Of a DNA stretch of 64,000 nt, positions 25,870-38,419 are shown in pieces. The notes below the pieces were generated by a model. That model had not been told where the DNA came from. It did no database searches and was given only the letters and a program-made list of their open reading frames with translations. Source of the DNA: Sphyrna mokarran (taxonomy: Eukaryota); NCBI GenBank assembly GCA_024679065.1, contig JAGIQG010000011.1, positions 60,884,001-60,948,000 of the forward strand, given 5' to 3'. Position numbers and translations under genes: made by a program. The stretch's first letter is position 1. Each line of letters starts with the position of its first letter.

Positions 25870-27560
25870 AAAATCATAAAATGGTTACCCACAGAAGGAA
25901 GTCATTCAGCAAATGTCTGTGGCAGTTTTCTGTAAGAGCAACTCAGCTAGTCCCAATCCCCTGTCTTAGCTCAGTAGTCCTGCAATTCTGTTTCTTTCGA
26001 GATAATTACAAAATTTGCTTTTGAGTATGCCACCACCAGACTGTCAGACAATACATTCCAGGTCCTAGCCACTCGCTGGCTAAACTAATTGCTTTTGGGT
26101 TCTCTTTACCAATCAGTATAAATTGGTGCTGTCTTGTTCTTGACCCTTTCACTAATGGGAACACTTTATCTCTTCAAGCCTCTCATGATTTTGAATACCT
26201 TTATCAATTCTTCACTCAAACTTCTCTCTTTTAAGGAGAACAACCCTTGCTTCTCCAGCTTATTGACATAAATAAAGCCTATCATGCCCAGAATGATTCT
26301 CGCAATTTTGTTTTGCACTCACTCCAAAGTCTTTATTTTTTGGTGCCCAGAATTGGTCACAATCCTCCAGCTAAGGTGAAACCCATGTTTTAAAAAATTC
26401 ACCTTGCCTTTGAACTCCATTTTTCTAAAGTCTATGACCTCATTTGCCTTATCATCTGTCTTTCCAACCTGTCCTGCCACCTTCAATAATTTGCACATAT
26501 ATATTGTCGGATCCCTCCTGTACAAAATTCAGAATTGCACCATTTATTTTATATTGCTTTTCCTAATTTTACCTACTAAACTGTACAATTTCTGAATTTT
26601 CTGCATAAATTTCTTCTGCCGCATGCCAGCTCATTCCACCAGCCTGTCTTAAAGTCTACCATTATCCTTTGCACAGTGCGCAGTATTTCCAAGTTTTGTT
26701 TCATTGGTAAATTTTGAATTGTGCCCTGTAAATGGTATTCAAGGTCATGAAAAAAGATCAAGAACAGTAGTTATCCTGGAATGGAAACGTGGGGAATTCC
26801 ACTATGTATCGTTCTCCAGTACAAAAAAAACAACTGTTCACCACAACGCTCTGTTTTCTGTCACTCAGCAGCCTTCACATCTATACTGCGCCTGTACTTG
26901 TCATGCATGCCCTTCTCTGTTTCATCTTCATCATTATCTCTTTCATCATCCAGGGAACTCTGTCATAGTTTGTCCTACCTTTCCCCTGGTGGGAATGCAC
27001 ATTGACTCTATTTCCTTTTTTGGTCAATTACAGTTTTGCCAGCCAATCTTTAATTCTAATTTATTTGGGTCAAATCCATTCCCATCCCATTGAAATTGTC
27101 CCTCTCCCAATTAATTATTTTCTCCCTGGTTTGTTCCCTATCCTTTTCCACAGCTGAACCTTATGACACTATGATCACTGTCCCTAAATGTTCCCCTGCT
27201 GGTGCTTAGTTAACTTGTCCCACCTCCTTTTCCAGAACCAGATCCAGCAATGTCTCCTTCCTCAGTAGACTGGAAACTTCTTAATCAATAAAATTCTCCC
27301 TAACACACTTCAGAAAAATTTCTATTCCCTTTACATTCATCATCCTAATTTAAACTAGGATAGTAATTTTGCAACTCTTTGCAATTTCTTTGAAAATGTA
27401 TTCAATATTCTTCTCACTCATTGGCAGACTATAGAATACAGCCAGTAGTGCAATGCTATTTTTATTGCTTATTAACTCCAACTAAATAGATCCTGTCCTT
27501 AACTCCAAAAAACATTTCACTTCTCCAGCACTGTAATATTATCCTTAATCAACACTATCA
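25870..27560 (-). mobile_element. Degenerate CR1-clade LINE fragments
   Basis: Starts with a reverse CR1 3' tail (aatcataaaatggttacccacagaaggaagtcattcagc), then decayed reverse-strand ORF2-like sequence; no intact ORF. Confidence 0.6.
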
Positions 27561-27573
27561 GATGCACCATGGT

Positions 27574-27885
27574 AGGGATGTGAGGATAGCACAGTAATTA
27601 ACACTGCTGCCTCATAGCACCAGGTACCCGGGTTCAACTCCAGCTTCGGGCAATTGTGTGGAGTTTGTACATTCTCAAGATGTCTATGTATGTTTCTTTT
27701 GGGTGTTCCAATTTCTTCCCATAGTCCAAAGGATTAGGTTGATTGGCCATGCTAAATTGGTCCTTAATGTCAGGAGGATTAGCAAGATAAATATGTGGGA
27801 TTACAGGTATAGGGTTGGGTGGGATTGCTGCCGGTGTAAGCTTGATGGGCTGATGGCCTCCTTCTGCACTGTAGAGATTCTATAG
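27574..27885 (+). mobile_element. HE1-type V-SINE with CR1/HER1-type tail
   Basis: tRNA-like head (acactgctgcctcatagcaccaggtacccgggttcaactcc), V-domain (tccaaagg...ttaggttgattggccatgctaaattg), tail gggctgatggcctccttctgcactgtagagattcta. Confidence 0.85.
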
Positions 27886-29067
27886 ATAAATCCTATTATA
27901 ACTTATTGAAATAAACATTTAAATGTTCATTTTCAATCTCAATTAAATTGTATTAAGCAAAGATAAATTAATTTTTGATGAATACTATTTTTGACTTCAG
28001 TATAAAAAGTATATAAGAATATGGTTGGAATAACATTTAAGGACTAATTGTTTGCAATACTTACATACTTCACGTGGACCGTCTTAGTTATGAAGTTACA
28101 AGTTGAGCATGTAGCACAATGCAATATATATTCTCATTTAAATTAGAACAATCTAACTTCATAGATAATGGCTTAGCTTTATACAGAACAATAGATGGGT
28201 TGGAGTATGTTGTGTTTTGATCATGTCTCAAGTTCTAACATTGTATTCCAGCTTTTGACTCTCAGCTGCCTAGCTGTTATTTATTAAGTATACACGGAAT
28301 GTATAACTCGTTAACTTGGAAATTATTCTTGAGATTGTGGGTCATATTCTATGACTGAAATGCATCAATCTGTTAGACCTTAAAGCACACTTCCTCAGCT
28401 ATATAATATGCTGTAGTGAGAAGTGAGAAGAAGGGGAGAAAACAGTGTCATAGCTTGTTCATTCCATACACAATAAGATTTCAGCCTGTGTTTCATATTC
28501 AAATAATCATTCACATTGTGAAACTTAACATTGTTTTAATTGATGAGCAAAATAATAAGAAATGGAAAACTGAATTGCCCTTTTCAGACACCTATCTATT
28601 CAATCTGCTTCTTACTGCTGTTCAGATTTATTTTTCCTTCTTTTGGTATTTATCACTGAGTCTTGTTTTTGACATTTCTGTTTTAGTATCTACAACTGAC
28701 ATCAAGCAATACTAAATTACATATATATATATACACATTATAGGGGTAATCAAAATGCAAGACTCTCAATTCTAAAAATAATAAATAAATTGACTCATAT
28801 CATGCCTACTCATACTGAAATACTGCAAAGCGGTTCATAAAGTGAATTATTTTCAATATTTCATGTCACTAATGAGACTTAGCACCAATTTCAGAAATGT
28901 ACCCCTGCTGTACCAGTGTGAATTTTCCCATTTCCCATATTAACCATTTTAATGTTTCCTAATGTGAGTGCCATTTAATGCCAATTTATGTCTTCGCTCA
29001 CAAGAAGCTGGATTGAGAATACCCAAATGCATTTCATGTAGAACCCATACTGCTAATAAGGAAAGAG

Positions 29068-29155
29068 AATTTTCACCCCATCTGTCTGCTGGATTAGAAT
29101 CGAGGTCCCGGATGTAAAAGGTCAGCATGTTAACACAATGTACCCCACACACTGC
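29068..29155 (-). mobile_element. tRNA-derived SINE head remnant
   Basis: Reverse strand reads ...ttggttaaca-like A-box region, tgctgaccttttacatccgggacctcgattctaatccagc, a tRNA-like head with a B-box-like segment. Confidence 0.45.
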
Positions 29156-29569
29156 CCTTTTCAATCCATTTCAAGAGCTTCAGAAGTTTAAGGTTTTACT
29201 GCCTGTCAGTAACAATTGCTGAGCAATTCTATGCTTAATTAAATAATGCTTTAAGATGGCACTTTTTTTTTAAACAGTTAATGAAGTGAAATCCTTGACA
29301 GAGACCTGGAAACAGATAAATGGAATCTGTCGCATTTATCTAAAAGTTGATAGGTGATAAGCGACATACAAAGATCCTATAATCTTTTGGTACACAGATG
29401 TGGTTTTATAATTTAGCCAATGGCATTTCAGGAAGCAGCAAGTCTAGGGTGTGTAATTAAGAAATGCTAATATGGAGTAACTCCCAAGGCATGTGATGCT
29501 GCCCAAATTCCACAAAAGACACACTTCGTAAAGTGGAACAAAATATCATTATCCTAGATTAGATGTTGC

Positions 29570-30600
29570 AGTTGTTCCTTGCTTTTGAATGGACCCACCT
29601 CATATTAAGCTGATCTTTCTCTACACCTTATCTATAGTTGCAATACCATATTCTGCATCCTCTCCTCTTCTTCCCTGTGTACTCATGAATGGTAGGAATA
29701 ATGGTAGGAAGAATTACTATTTAAATGGCAAAAAGCTGCAGCATACGATGGTGCAGAGGGACCTGGAGGTCTTTGTGCACAAATCGCAAAAACACAGTAT
29801 GCAGGTGCAGCAGGTGATTAAGAAGGTGAATGCAATGTTGGCCTTTATAGCTAGGGGGATAGAATATAAAAGTAGGGAGGTTCTGTTGCAGCTGTATAGG
29901 GTACTGGTGAGGCCGCAGCTGGAGTACAGTGTGCCGTTTTGGTCGCTGCATTCGAAGAAGGATATATTGGCCTTGGAGGGGGTGCAGAGAAGGTTTACTA
30001 GGCTGATACCAGAGATGAGGGCATTGGATTATGAGGAGAGACTGAATAGGCTAGGTTTGTACTCTTTGGAGTTTAGAAGGCTGAGAGGGGATCTTACAGA
30101 TACGTATAAGATAGTGAAGAGGATGGATAGGGTAGAGGTTGAGAGACTCTTCCCGCTTAGCAAAGATAGCAGGACTAGAGGGCATAGCCTCAAGATTAGG
30201 GATGGCGGGGGGGGGGGGGGAGGTGTTGCAGTTCAGATCAGAGTTGAGGAGGAATTTCTTCATGCAAAGGATGGTGAATCTTTGGAATTCTCTGCCTGAT
30301 GAAGTGGTGGAGGCTTCCTCATTGAATTTGTTCAAGTCAAGAGTGGATAGGTTTTTGATTGACAAGGGAGTTAAGGGTTACGGGGAGAAAGCGGGAAAGT
30401 GGTACTGAACCACTATAGATCAGCCAAGATCTTATTGAATGGTGGGGCAGGCTCAAGAGGGTTTGTATGGCCTACTCCTGCTCCTATTTCTTATGTTCTT
30501 GTTATGTTCTTATGAATGGTACATTGTCTGTATAGCATGCAAGAAACAATACTTTTCACTGTATTCCAATGTATGTGATAATAATAAATCAAATCAAATC
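29570..30600 (+). mobile_element. 3' end of a non-CR1 LINE (Rex1/Babar-like, tentative), split by a CR1 insertion
   Basis: 29570-29694 and 30512-30600 join into one 3' UTR ending in aataataaatcaaatcaaatc. Confidence 0.55.
29695..30511 (+). mobile_element. 5'-truncated CR1/HER1 LINE (ORF2 C-terminus plus tail)
   Basis: LYRVLVRPQLEYSVPFW, LERRRLRGDL-like and FFMQRMVNLWNSLP motifs; (ttatgttc)n tail; flanked by a 10-bp direct repeat ATGAATGGTA (29685-29694, 30512-30521); frameshift at a G14 run (30207-30220). Confidence 0.93.
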
Positions 30601-31499
30601 ACAGATTTGTTTTTATCTACAATAAGAGTAATGTGAACATAGTTGAACAGCGATTTTATGAATGTGCTTCCTGTTTTTTATTTCTGTAGTAGTAACTTTA
30701 TGGATGATTGGTTAGTTTATTGATATTAAAGGCCTCCAGGATCTCAGAAATAAAGAAATATATTTTATATGAAACTATTTTAGAATATAGTAGCTGAATA
30801 TATTGTGATAAACCATTGAAATTAATTGCATAATAATAATAATTTCTGAATTACAGACCTAGAATTTAATACATATTAATAAGTGCAAACTGTCTTTGTT
30901 ATTTTATTCATTTATTTCAAAACAAGAAATTCACAAAGACACCACATTAACATGTGACAAGGCTTAAATGGTAGTAACCATTTACTGATTGTGGGGTTAA
31001 ATGGATATTAGTACTGTTCTTCCACCCAGAACCTGATTGGTTTTATTGTCTAGTGCTCAGGCCATATCATTTGCTTGGTGTAGAATAGAAGACTTTAGTT
31101 TTTTTTTATTAATGGCATGGAAGCTTTGAATTGATTAGAGTTACACAGTGGTAAAAATGAGAGCAAAAGGGGAAATGGTGAGAGTACAGGGCTGCTAAAG
31201 GAATACTTGATCAATAAAGGCTAGATAGACTGGAGGACATTTCTCTAGAAAAAAGAAGTTGAAACATAACCCAAGAGAGGTTTTTAAGACTATGAAAGAC
31301 ATTGATAGGGCAGTTCAAGAGAAAATATTTCCGCTTGTGGGAGAGTTCAAAAATAAATGTAATCAATATGAGATAGTCACTAATAAATCCAAGAGAGACT
31401 TCAGGAGAAAGTTCTTTATCCAAAGAACAGTAAAGGTCTGTAACACTCTACCACAAGAAGTAGTTTGCAAAAATTGCAAATTTGGAAAAAACAAAATCC

Positions 31500-32000
31500 C
31501 CAGAATAGGAATGTGATAATGACCAGATAATCTGTTTCTGTGATATTGATTGAGGGATGCACATTGACAATTTTTCATTGAGGTTAATTCATCTGTTTTT
31601 TCTTCAGAATAGTGCCATTGGTTCTTTTGAATCTCACAGTAAAAAGTCTCACAACACCAGGTTAAAATCCAACCAGTTTATTTGATAGTAAACCCACAAG
31701 CTTTCAGAAACACTGTTCCTTTGTCAGATGTGTGGAAGGTTCTGATCAGGTGTGTGGAAGGTTGTGACACTTTTTACTGTGTTTAGCCCAGTTCAACACC
31801 GGCATCTCCACATCATTCTTTGTATCTACCTGAGAAAGCAGTTGGGGCTTCAGTTTAGCACCTCAATGAAAGATGAGCACATCCAATAGTACAGGATTTC
31901 CTCTGTACTGCACTGGATTGCCTACCAAAATTTTTGTACTTAAATCTATAGAATGGGATCGACCTTTTGATTAGAATCAATAGTGTGGTGAACCAAGCTG
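31500..32000 (-). mobile_element. Deu-domain SINE (SacSINE1/AmnSINE1-like)
   Basis: gaatagtgccattgg...cctgagaaagcagttggggcttcagttta...gaaagatgagcac...ctctgtactgcactgg matches the reverse Deu-SINE body as I recall it. Confidence 0.65.
31635..31815. mobile_element. Short Penelope-related repeat with inverted arms and a degenerate hammerhead-like core
   Basis: 21-bp inverted repeat 31635-31655 / 31761-31781 (20/21). Minus strand reads ctgacaaaggaacagtgtttctgaaagcttgtg. Confidence 0.55.
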
Positions 32001-34440
32001 CATGAGCAGCTAAGTTACAAAGGATGTGTAAGTGTACTTAAGAGGAAGTTAGATAAGCACATTAAGGAGAAAAGAATAGAAAGATAGATTGATGCAGTCA
32101 GATGACAAGGTACATGTGGAACACACACACCAGCATAGAGGAGTTAGGCCAAATTGCCTGTTTCTGACTCCTAGAATCTAGGGCTAAAAATTCATCTGTT
32201 CCCGTTTTTGGGTCATCTGCCCAAGCCTAGATTCTTTGAGGCAAATAGCCTGCCAACTTTGTGCAGTGTTCTTATTTGCATAATTATAGTGTACACTTGA
32301 GCATGGCCAATATTGGCTGATCAACATGGGGCCAAGTGGCATGCAAGTCCAGCATGTGTTGTAGCTAGCCTCGTAAAGCCAACCTGTCCCTCTTAAAGGG
32401 GAATTGCATCCATTATTAAGATAGTTACCATTACCTGCTGTGAAATTGTCTGCAAGTGGAAGCCAGAGAAATGAAGCACCAGGAAAGAGAGAAGACTCGC
32501 GAGTTAATGATTGTGGGCATTGGTTGAGCACTTTCAGAGACCATATTTCCACAGTGAGTGAGGAGGGGTGATGGTAAAAGTTGGCACAGGAGAAACTCAA
32601 GAAAAAACCTTCAAACGAACAGAAGTAGATGGCCAAAGAGGTCATTCGGGAATTGGGTCTGGAGCACATAGAGCTAGTGACATAAGAACTTTAATGAACT
32701 CACATGGGTGGCAAAAATCAGTGAATGCATTCATAGAATACTTACTACACCATCAACTCCCCATGCTGTTCAATGTACCATTCACCCAACAGCAGTTCCT
32801 AGGACTCAGGAAATAGGCCCAATATTCAAATGTTCCACTTCACCCTCACATGCCTCCTAATGATATCAGCCACATACTCACCCTTTACAGCCTCCCCAGG
32901 CCTCCAACTATTCAACTGTGGCAGATACATCAATCAAATACAATAATAGCATTCCTGATGTTCCACTCACTCTCCTGCAAGACAAAGAGGCACACAATTA
33001 AAAGGAGCAGGCAGCCATGTCTGTATCACCTAAGTACTAGGGCAGAAATTATACTCTGTGTCATGGGACTGAGAGCAACAGAGCCTATTGCACCTAACAT
33101 TGCTGAGAATATTGAGGATGATGATATGTTCCTGCCTGATGTCTCATATCAATTCTGACCCCTATTTCATCCTGTTATCTGTAACAAAATGCCATCTACT
33201 AATGATGTGACCTTGGACCCCTTGCTTTATAGCAACCCCTTTCCTCACATTCACTTTCCCTTCTGATTTTTTAATTTACCCAAGAATAGTCATTTGCCCA
33301 TTCACAGCAGCCTCAGAAGGAAGGTCAAGAGGAACACCACAGTGATGCATCCTTACTCAATCAAAACTCACAACCACCAGTTCAGATACTGACACTAAGC
33401 CATCCCTAGTAGGGTAGAGCAGAGCGGAATAGTGTAGAGTTCTGTTACAGTGGACTCAGATGAGAGCCTCAATGGAGTTGCATACAGGCGAAAACTGATG
33501 AAGGTTCACTCTGAGATGCTTGGTCGTTGTTAGGCATGCTCGGAACCGTTCTTTTGCTTCAGAGTATGGAGGAATTCAACTCCAGTGTGACGTAGGAAAT
33601 CACCCAGAACCCGCAGATTACCCTTTCTTCAGTGGATGAGATTGCCTACTCCATGACAACAATTTCATTTCCAGCTGTGATACAGCATCTAGTGGTCATT
33701 ATTTCAGCTTCCAATGCGACTCAGATGGAATCCATGCAACACCTGAGAACTGCTGTGGAAGTTCAGATGGAAGTCATGGGATTCATGATTGATTCCATGC
33801 AGGTTCAGATTGCTGCTATGATGGCAATAAATCTCAGTGCTCAAAAAGGCATGCAGTTCAAAATCTTCCCTCTAAGAGAAAAGGAGATTCACACTGGTGC
33901 GACCAAGAGGAGTGGCATTGAAGTGTGCAGCATGAGCCTGCTATCCTCAATCAAGACAACAGCATTTGTGTTTCCTATATTGCCAGAACCTCTTGCTGTT
34001 ACCTCTCAACCAGACAGTTGCAATCCATGCCAAGGTGATGCAGTCTGAGGCCAGGTCCTCAAAGCACTGAGCTGCGTGAAAGCTGTCTGGCCCCAGTGAA
34101 AGTCAATGGCTTTCTGCCAGCCATGCTGTAGCCACTAGGGTAGCATCACTTAGGAAGACAAAGTTAGGCAAAAGCACCCACAACAGGCACTTAGATACAC
34201 AGGGACGTATAGTTCATTTCTGCTTGTTCAACTGGATGTGTTTTTATTTAAAGATGTTTTGGAAAGGTTTTGGGTGGTGTCTTTTATTGCAGGAACTTTG
34301 CCAAAAAGATGATATGACAGTGTGTCCCAGATGGCCCGGAAGACAGGGACTAATGCAGCCATGATTTTGAAGGGATGATTTTCGAAAGAGAGCAGAGTCT
34401 GAGCAGTCACTTCTGAAGTGCAATGAGATGCAATACTGTA

Positions 34441-34605
34441 GGGAGGCAGTGGCATAGTGGTATTGTCACTGAACTAGTAATCCAGAGATCTGGGTGAAGC
34501 TCTGGGGCCCTGGATCAAATCATGTGCTGGCAGATGATGAAGTTTGAGCTCAATAAAAGAAATCTGGAATTAAATGTTTAATTATTACCATGAAACCATT
34601 GTCGG
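34441..34605 (+). mobile_element. tRNA-derived SINE (5' part)
   Basis: gggaggcagtggcatagtggtattgtcactgaactagtaatccagag...ggatcaaatc: A-box and degenerate B-box. Confidence 0.65.
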
Positions 34606-35011
34606 TTATCATGAATACTGATCTAAAGAAAACAAAATCCCGGATGCTTCCTCCCTTCTATGTGGTCCCAGACTGCCTGGTGGCAATGGCTATGCCTCAC
34701 GACGGTGATGTTATGGAAGCTGCAACAGACCAACATGAACTTTTATATATGTCTGAAAATGGTTACTCCACCATTCCTGCCTCTTCTCCCTACATATGAC
34801 CGTTGCTTTTCATCATATTCCCATTGTCCTTGAATGGTCAGCTGACAGAGGAGTAGATCCCTTGGCTCTGGTTTTTCTTGGCTTGTGGAGATGGGAATAG
34901 CAGGTTGATTCAGGATGAGTGCATTGTGACTGCTGTTAGGAAAGGTGGCATTCACTGATGTAATGGTTTGTAACTGTCTGGTTACACACCAAACCTTGGT
35001 GTGAGGCTGCT

Positions 35012-35357
35012 GGTCAGCACGGTGGCAGAGTGATTAGCACAGCTGCTTCACAACGCTGAGGACCCAGGTTCAATTCCAGCCTTGGGTGATTGCCTGTATA
35101 GAATTTGCACGTTTCCTCCATGTCTGCATGGAATTCCTCCGGGTGATCTGATTTTTTTCCATCAGTTCAAAGATGTGCAGGTTAGGTGGATTGGCTGTGC
35201 TAAATTGCAGCTCAGTGTCCCAAATTGTGTAAAAGGATTAGTGGGGTAAATATGTAAGATTACAGAATAGGGACGAGGTAGGACAGTCTGTTCGAGTCTG
35301 TGCAGACTTGATAGGCTGAATGGCCTCCTTCTGTACTGGAGAGATATTATAATTCTA
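35012..35357 (+). mobile_element. HE1-type V-SINE with CR1/HER1-type tail
   Basis: gcacggtggcagagtgattagcac...ggttcaattcc head; caaagatgtgcaggttaggtggattggctgtgctaaattg; tail ggctgaatggcctccttctgtact. Confidence 0.88.
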
Positions 35358-37649
35358 CAGCCCTGTAACAACCTCTTTGTTGAATCTGAGATGCCTGAGG
35401 AGGTTCCTAGATGAGACTGATGTAGAAGTGGTTCTTAAGCTCCTTAGTTGGTACTCCTTTCTTCCTCCTCCTCCTCCATCTGAACAGAGTTTGCTTTCTC
35501 TGGAGTTTTCATTCTAGTAGCTTGTTATGTTGCAGTCCCAGAACAACTGTAAATATAGCTCCCATACCAATTACAGACTATGGGCAAATGACTAAATCTT
35601 CTGACCTTTTTGTATGGATGCACCAAATTACCAGAGCAACCAACACTTTGCAGTACTTGTACAGACTTTCGAAAAACAGGAATGAACTTCACCTACTTGT
35701 TGAAGACTGACTGTATTTGGAGAGTGTCCCTAGTGCAGCTGAACACACATTCAGCCGAGAACGATCAGTCCAGGTGTTCACTTTACCTGCTCAGTCCAAT
35801 CAACTGCGTGTCCAGTCAGTAAAGAACACAGCTAATCTTTACAATTTGAGCAAACCTGAAACATCTGGTGCATGCAAGGCACACTTGCGCTAATGCCCCT
35901 GCAAACATGGGATACTGCACAGGCTACACCGAAAGTGGGTGGGAGTGCTGCACCATTTTGTGAACTTGGGGCATCTATCACATTGGCACCAGTGGTGCTA
36001 TAGATTCCAATTTAATGAGCAATGTAAAAATTTTTATTGAGTTTAAGTTGATTTGCAATTGGTGGGCTTGGCTAAAGTAAAATTACATTGTACTCAGTCA
36101 TCAATCCCAAAAAGACAATGTACCTCCAGATAATAGACTACTTCCCATGTCATAAATCACAGATCTAAAACTGGTGAAATGCTTAAAAGATCATTTTAAT
36201 GTTATAATAAAACAAATATTGGATGCAGTTTTAGCTATAATTGATTGCGTGGCTGACAATAGTCTTCATTTACAGTCAATATTTGAGTATTAGTCCCACA
36301 CCTCATTTTGTTTATTGCAACCTTAGAGAATCTCGCTGGGACAATGCAGGCAGCAATCAATTAAACCTGAACCACAACAGGTTGGGGCAAAATAATTAGT
36401 CAGGTACCTTTTATTAAATCAATGTAAACTTTCAAGATTGTAAAGATAAGAAACGGCATTTTAATTAGTTTAAATATTTATCAGTTAAATAATTTCAAGC
36501 AAATTATAATCAAAAGGTTAATAGCCAGGGCTTGCTTGATTCATTAATACAGTTTTTACATGAACTCAATTAAACCATAATGCGTTAGTACTAAAAGTAT
36601 TAGACAGTAGGAAAGCAGAGGACTACTTCTAATGATAATAATTCAATTTTCAGGAAATTCTAGTTAAGCCTAGCCTAAAATGTATGAAATAAATATTGAT
36701 TTTCACAGAAGCACGGGGGATTATTAATGTTAGACTACTCAGATTTAGTTTTCAGTAGTAAGACAAGTTGAAACTGGAAGAACAAGATTTTAAACACTCT
36801 ATCATATTTTATAAGATCATTTTAAAAGACAAGGATTAAGATGAAGCATTTTGTTCAGACTTGTTATAGACTGAAACCATCGAACATCATCTTACATATT
36901 TATATTAACCAGCATTATATGAAAAAAAATTATCTCTATATAAATGCACACATCGGGTATTTCATTGCTTATATCTGCTGACTAATTTGGATCAAGTATG
37001 CATGTGTTAAACATATTTGAAATACGTGTCACATAAGAGACTTCAGAATGGAAGAATTTAACACAGTGCATGAAATTATTTGTTGCTTGGCTGCTGAAAA
37101 TGTAATTGAGCTCAAAATGATATAAAGCAACTTGACAATAAGTGAAGTGCTTTACTGAAGAAAGAGAAACTTAATTCAGAATATTTACTTTCTAAATCAG
37201 TAGCTTGATGATATATGATCGGAGATAAAATCCTGCAAATTTATTTTAAATGGTGTAGTGCTGCATCATCCAATTGAATGGAAGGACCGACTTAAGGAGT
37301 TGCGCGGCCTACTCTTGTTCCTATGTTTCTACAGACCAACTGGCTGCTCCTGTAATCCTGGACGCCAGCCCTTCTGGCAGGCATTTCTCCAGAATTCCTA
37401 TTGATTTGTGAACACAGAACAGTAGGCATCTATAAATCTTGGAATGCCGTCCTTATGGCATGTAACCTTTCTTTCAGTCAGTTGAGGCAAACCACAAATT
37501 AATCTTGTGTCCCAAAATTTGTTGTGGAAGTAAGTATCCATAACATATGTGTTTGCAGCAAATGTTGCAATATGCTGAATTGTGGGCTGCAAATAGACAA
37601 CTATTGCTCCATTACTACATATGTGAAAATCTTATGTGAAGAGCTTAAT

Positions 37650-37941
37650 CTGAAGGAGAGTCATATGGGCTCAAAATGTTAACTCTGTTTCTCTCTGCAG
37701 GTGTTGCCAGACTTGCTGAGTTTTCTTGCATTTTCTGTTTTTATCTCCTTTGTTCTTCTTGCTCCATCCCCCCTTCCACTGGTTAACATTTCTATCTTCC
37801 TTCAGCTCTAATGAAAGTTCATTGGTCTGAAAAATTAACTCTGTTTCTCTTTCCCCAAATGTTGCCAGACCTGCTGAGTTTTCCTAGCATTTTTTTCTTC
37901 TGATTTCAGATTTCCAGCATCTGCAGAATTTTGCTTTTGTA
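37650..37941 (+). repeat. Tandem dimer (156-bp period) of a hammerhead-type Penelope-related repeat
   Basis: ttaactctgtttctct...tgttgccaga(c/t)...tgctgagtttt recurs at 37679 and 37835, each preceded by a degenerate CTGANGA-stem-GAAA motif. Confidence 0.7.
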
Positions 37942-38419
37942 TGACTCCAGAGGATTTGAAAACCCAGAAGCAGTGTTACAAGAAGTCTAATGACCTAATG
38001 TGGACAGTCAACTTTGATCAATTCTGAATATCATATGATATTTCCTACCACCCACAATGTAAGTCTTCTACTCTTTCCAGTGCACTGCACTCCCCTCACT
38101 ACCCGTGACATTCAGGAGTCCACTTCAGTCTCACACAATGATGCCAGTCCTCTCACTTACTCCATATACCTTCAGTAATGGAAGGCACATCAACCAAACA
38201 CAGTGCAATTGTTGACATTCTTCCCTCTCTCTTATCGGAAAAGGTTGCACAAAAAGAAGGGAACAGAATAGATCTACTGGAGTGCACCTACGGCTCCTGA
38301 GCCCTACTGAGGACATGCTTCTCTGCATAATAGAGCAAGCTAGAATGTGATATCCAGAATCACTGAGAACATTGAGGATGACAGTATGTCCTTGCCTCAT
38401 CCTCCCTCTCAAATCCCTG

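Larger units (their letters stand above)
31210..32175 (+). mobile_element. Old CR1 3' fragment interrupted by a Deu-SINE
   Basis: RDFRRKFFIQRTVKVCNTLPQEVV (to ~31465); resumes ~32030 (aagaggaagttagataagcac...ggccaaattgcctgtttctg). Confidence 0.7.
32181..36010. mobile_element. Decayed, formerly autonomous PIF/Harbinger transposon
   Basis: GGG-starting TIR-like end at 32181. Myb/SANT-like remnant HKNFNELTWVAK (+, ~32685-32720). Transposase remnant LVCN...VNATFPNSSHNALIL (-, ~34910-34995), resembling the HARBI1 PGSxHD motif. Right boundary uncertain. Confidence 0.6.

Noticed and set aside
29589-30299. 236-aa ORF with a signal-peptide-like N-terminus
   Set aside because: Chance fusion of one LINE 3' UTR with a CR1 ORF2 fragment, frameshifted at a G run.
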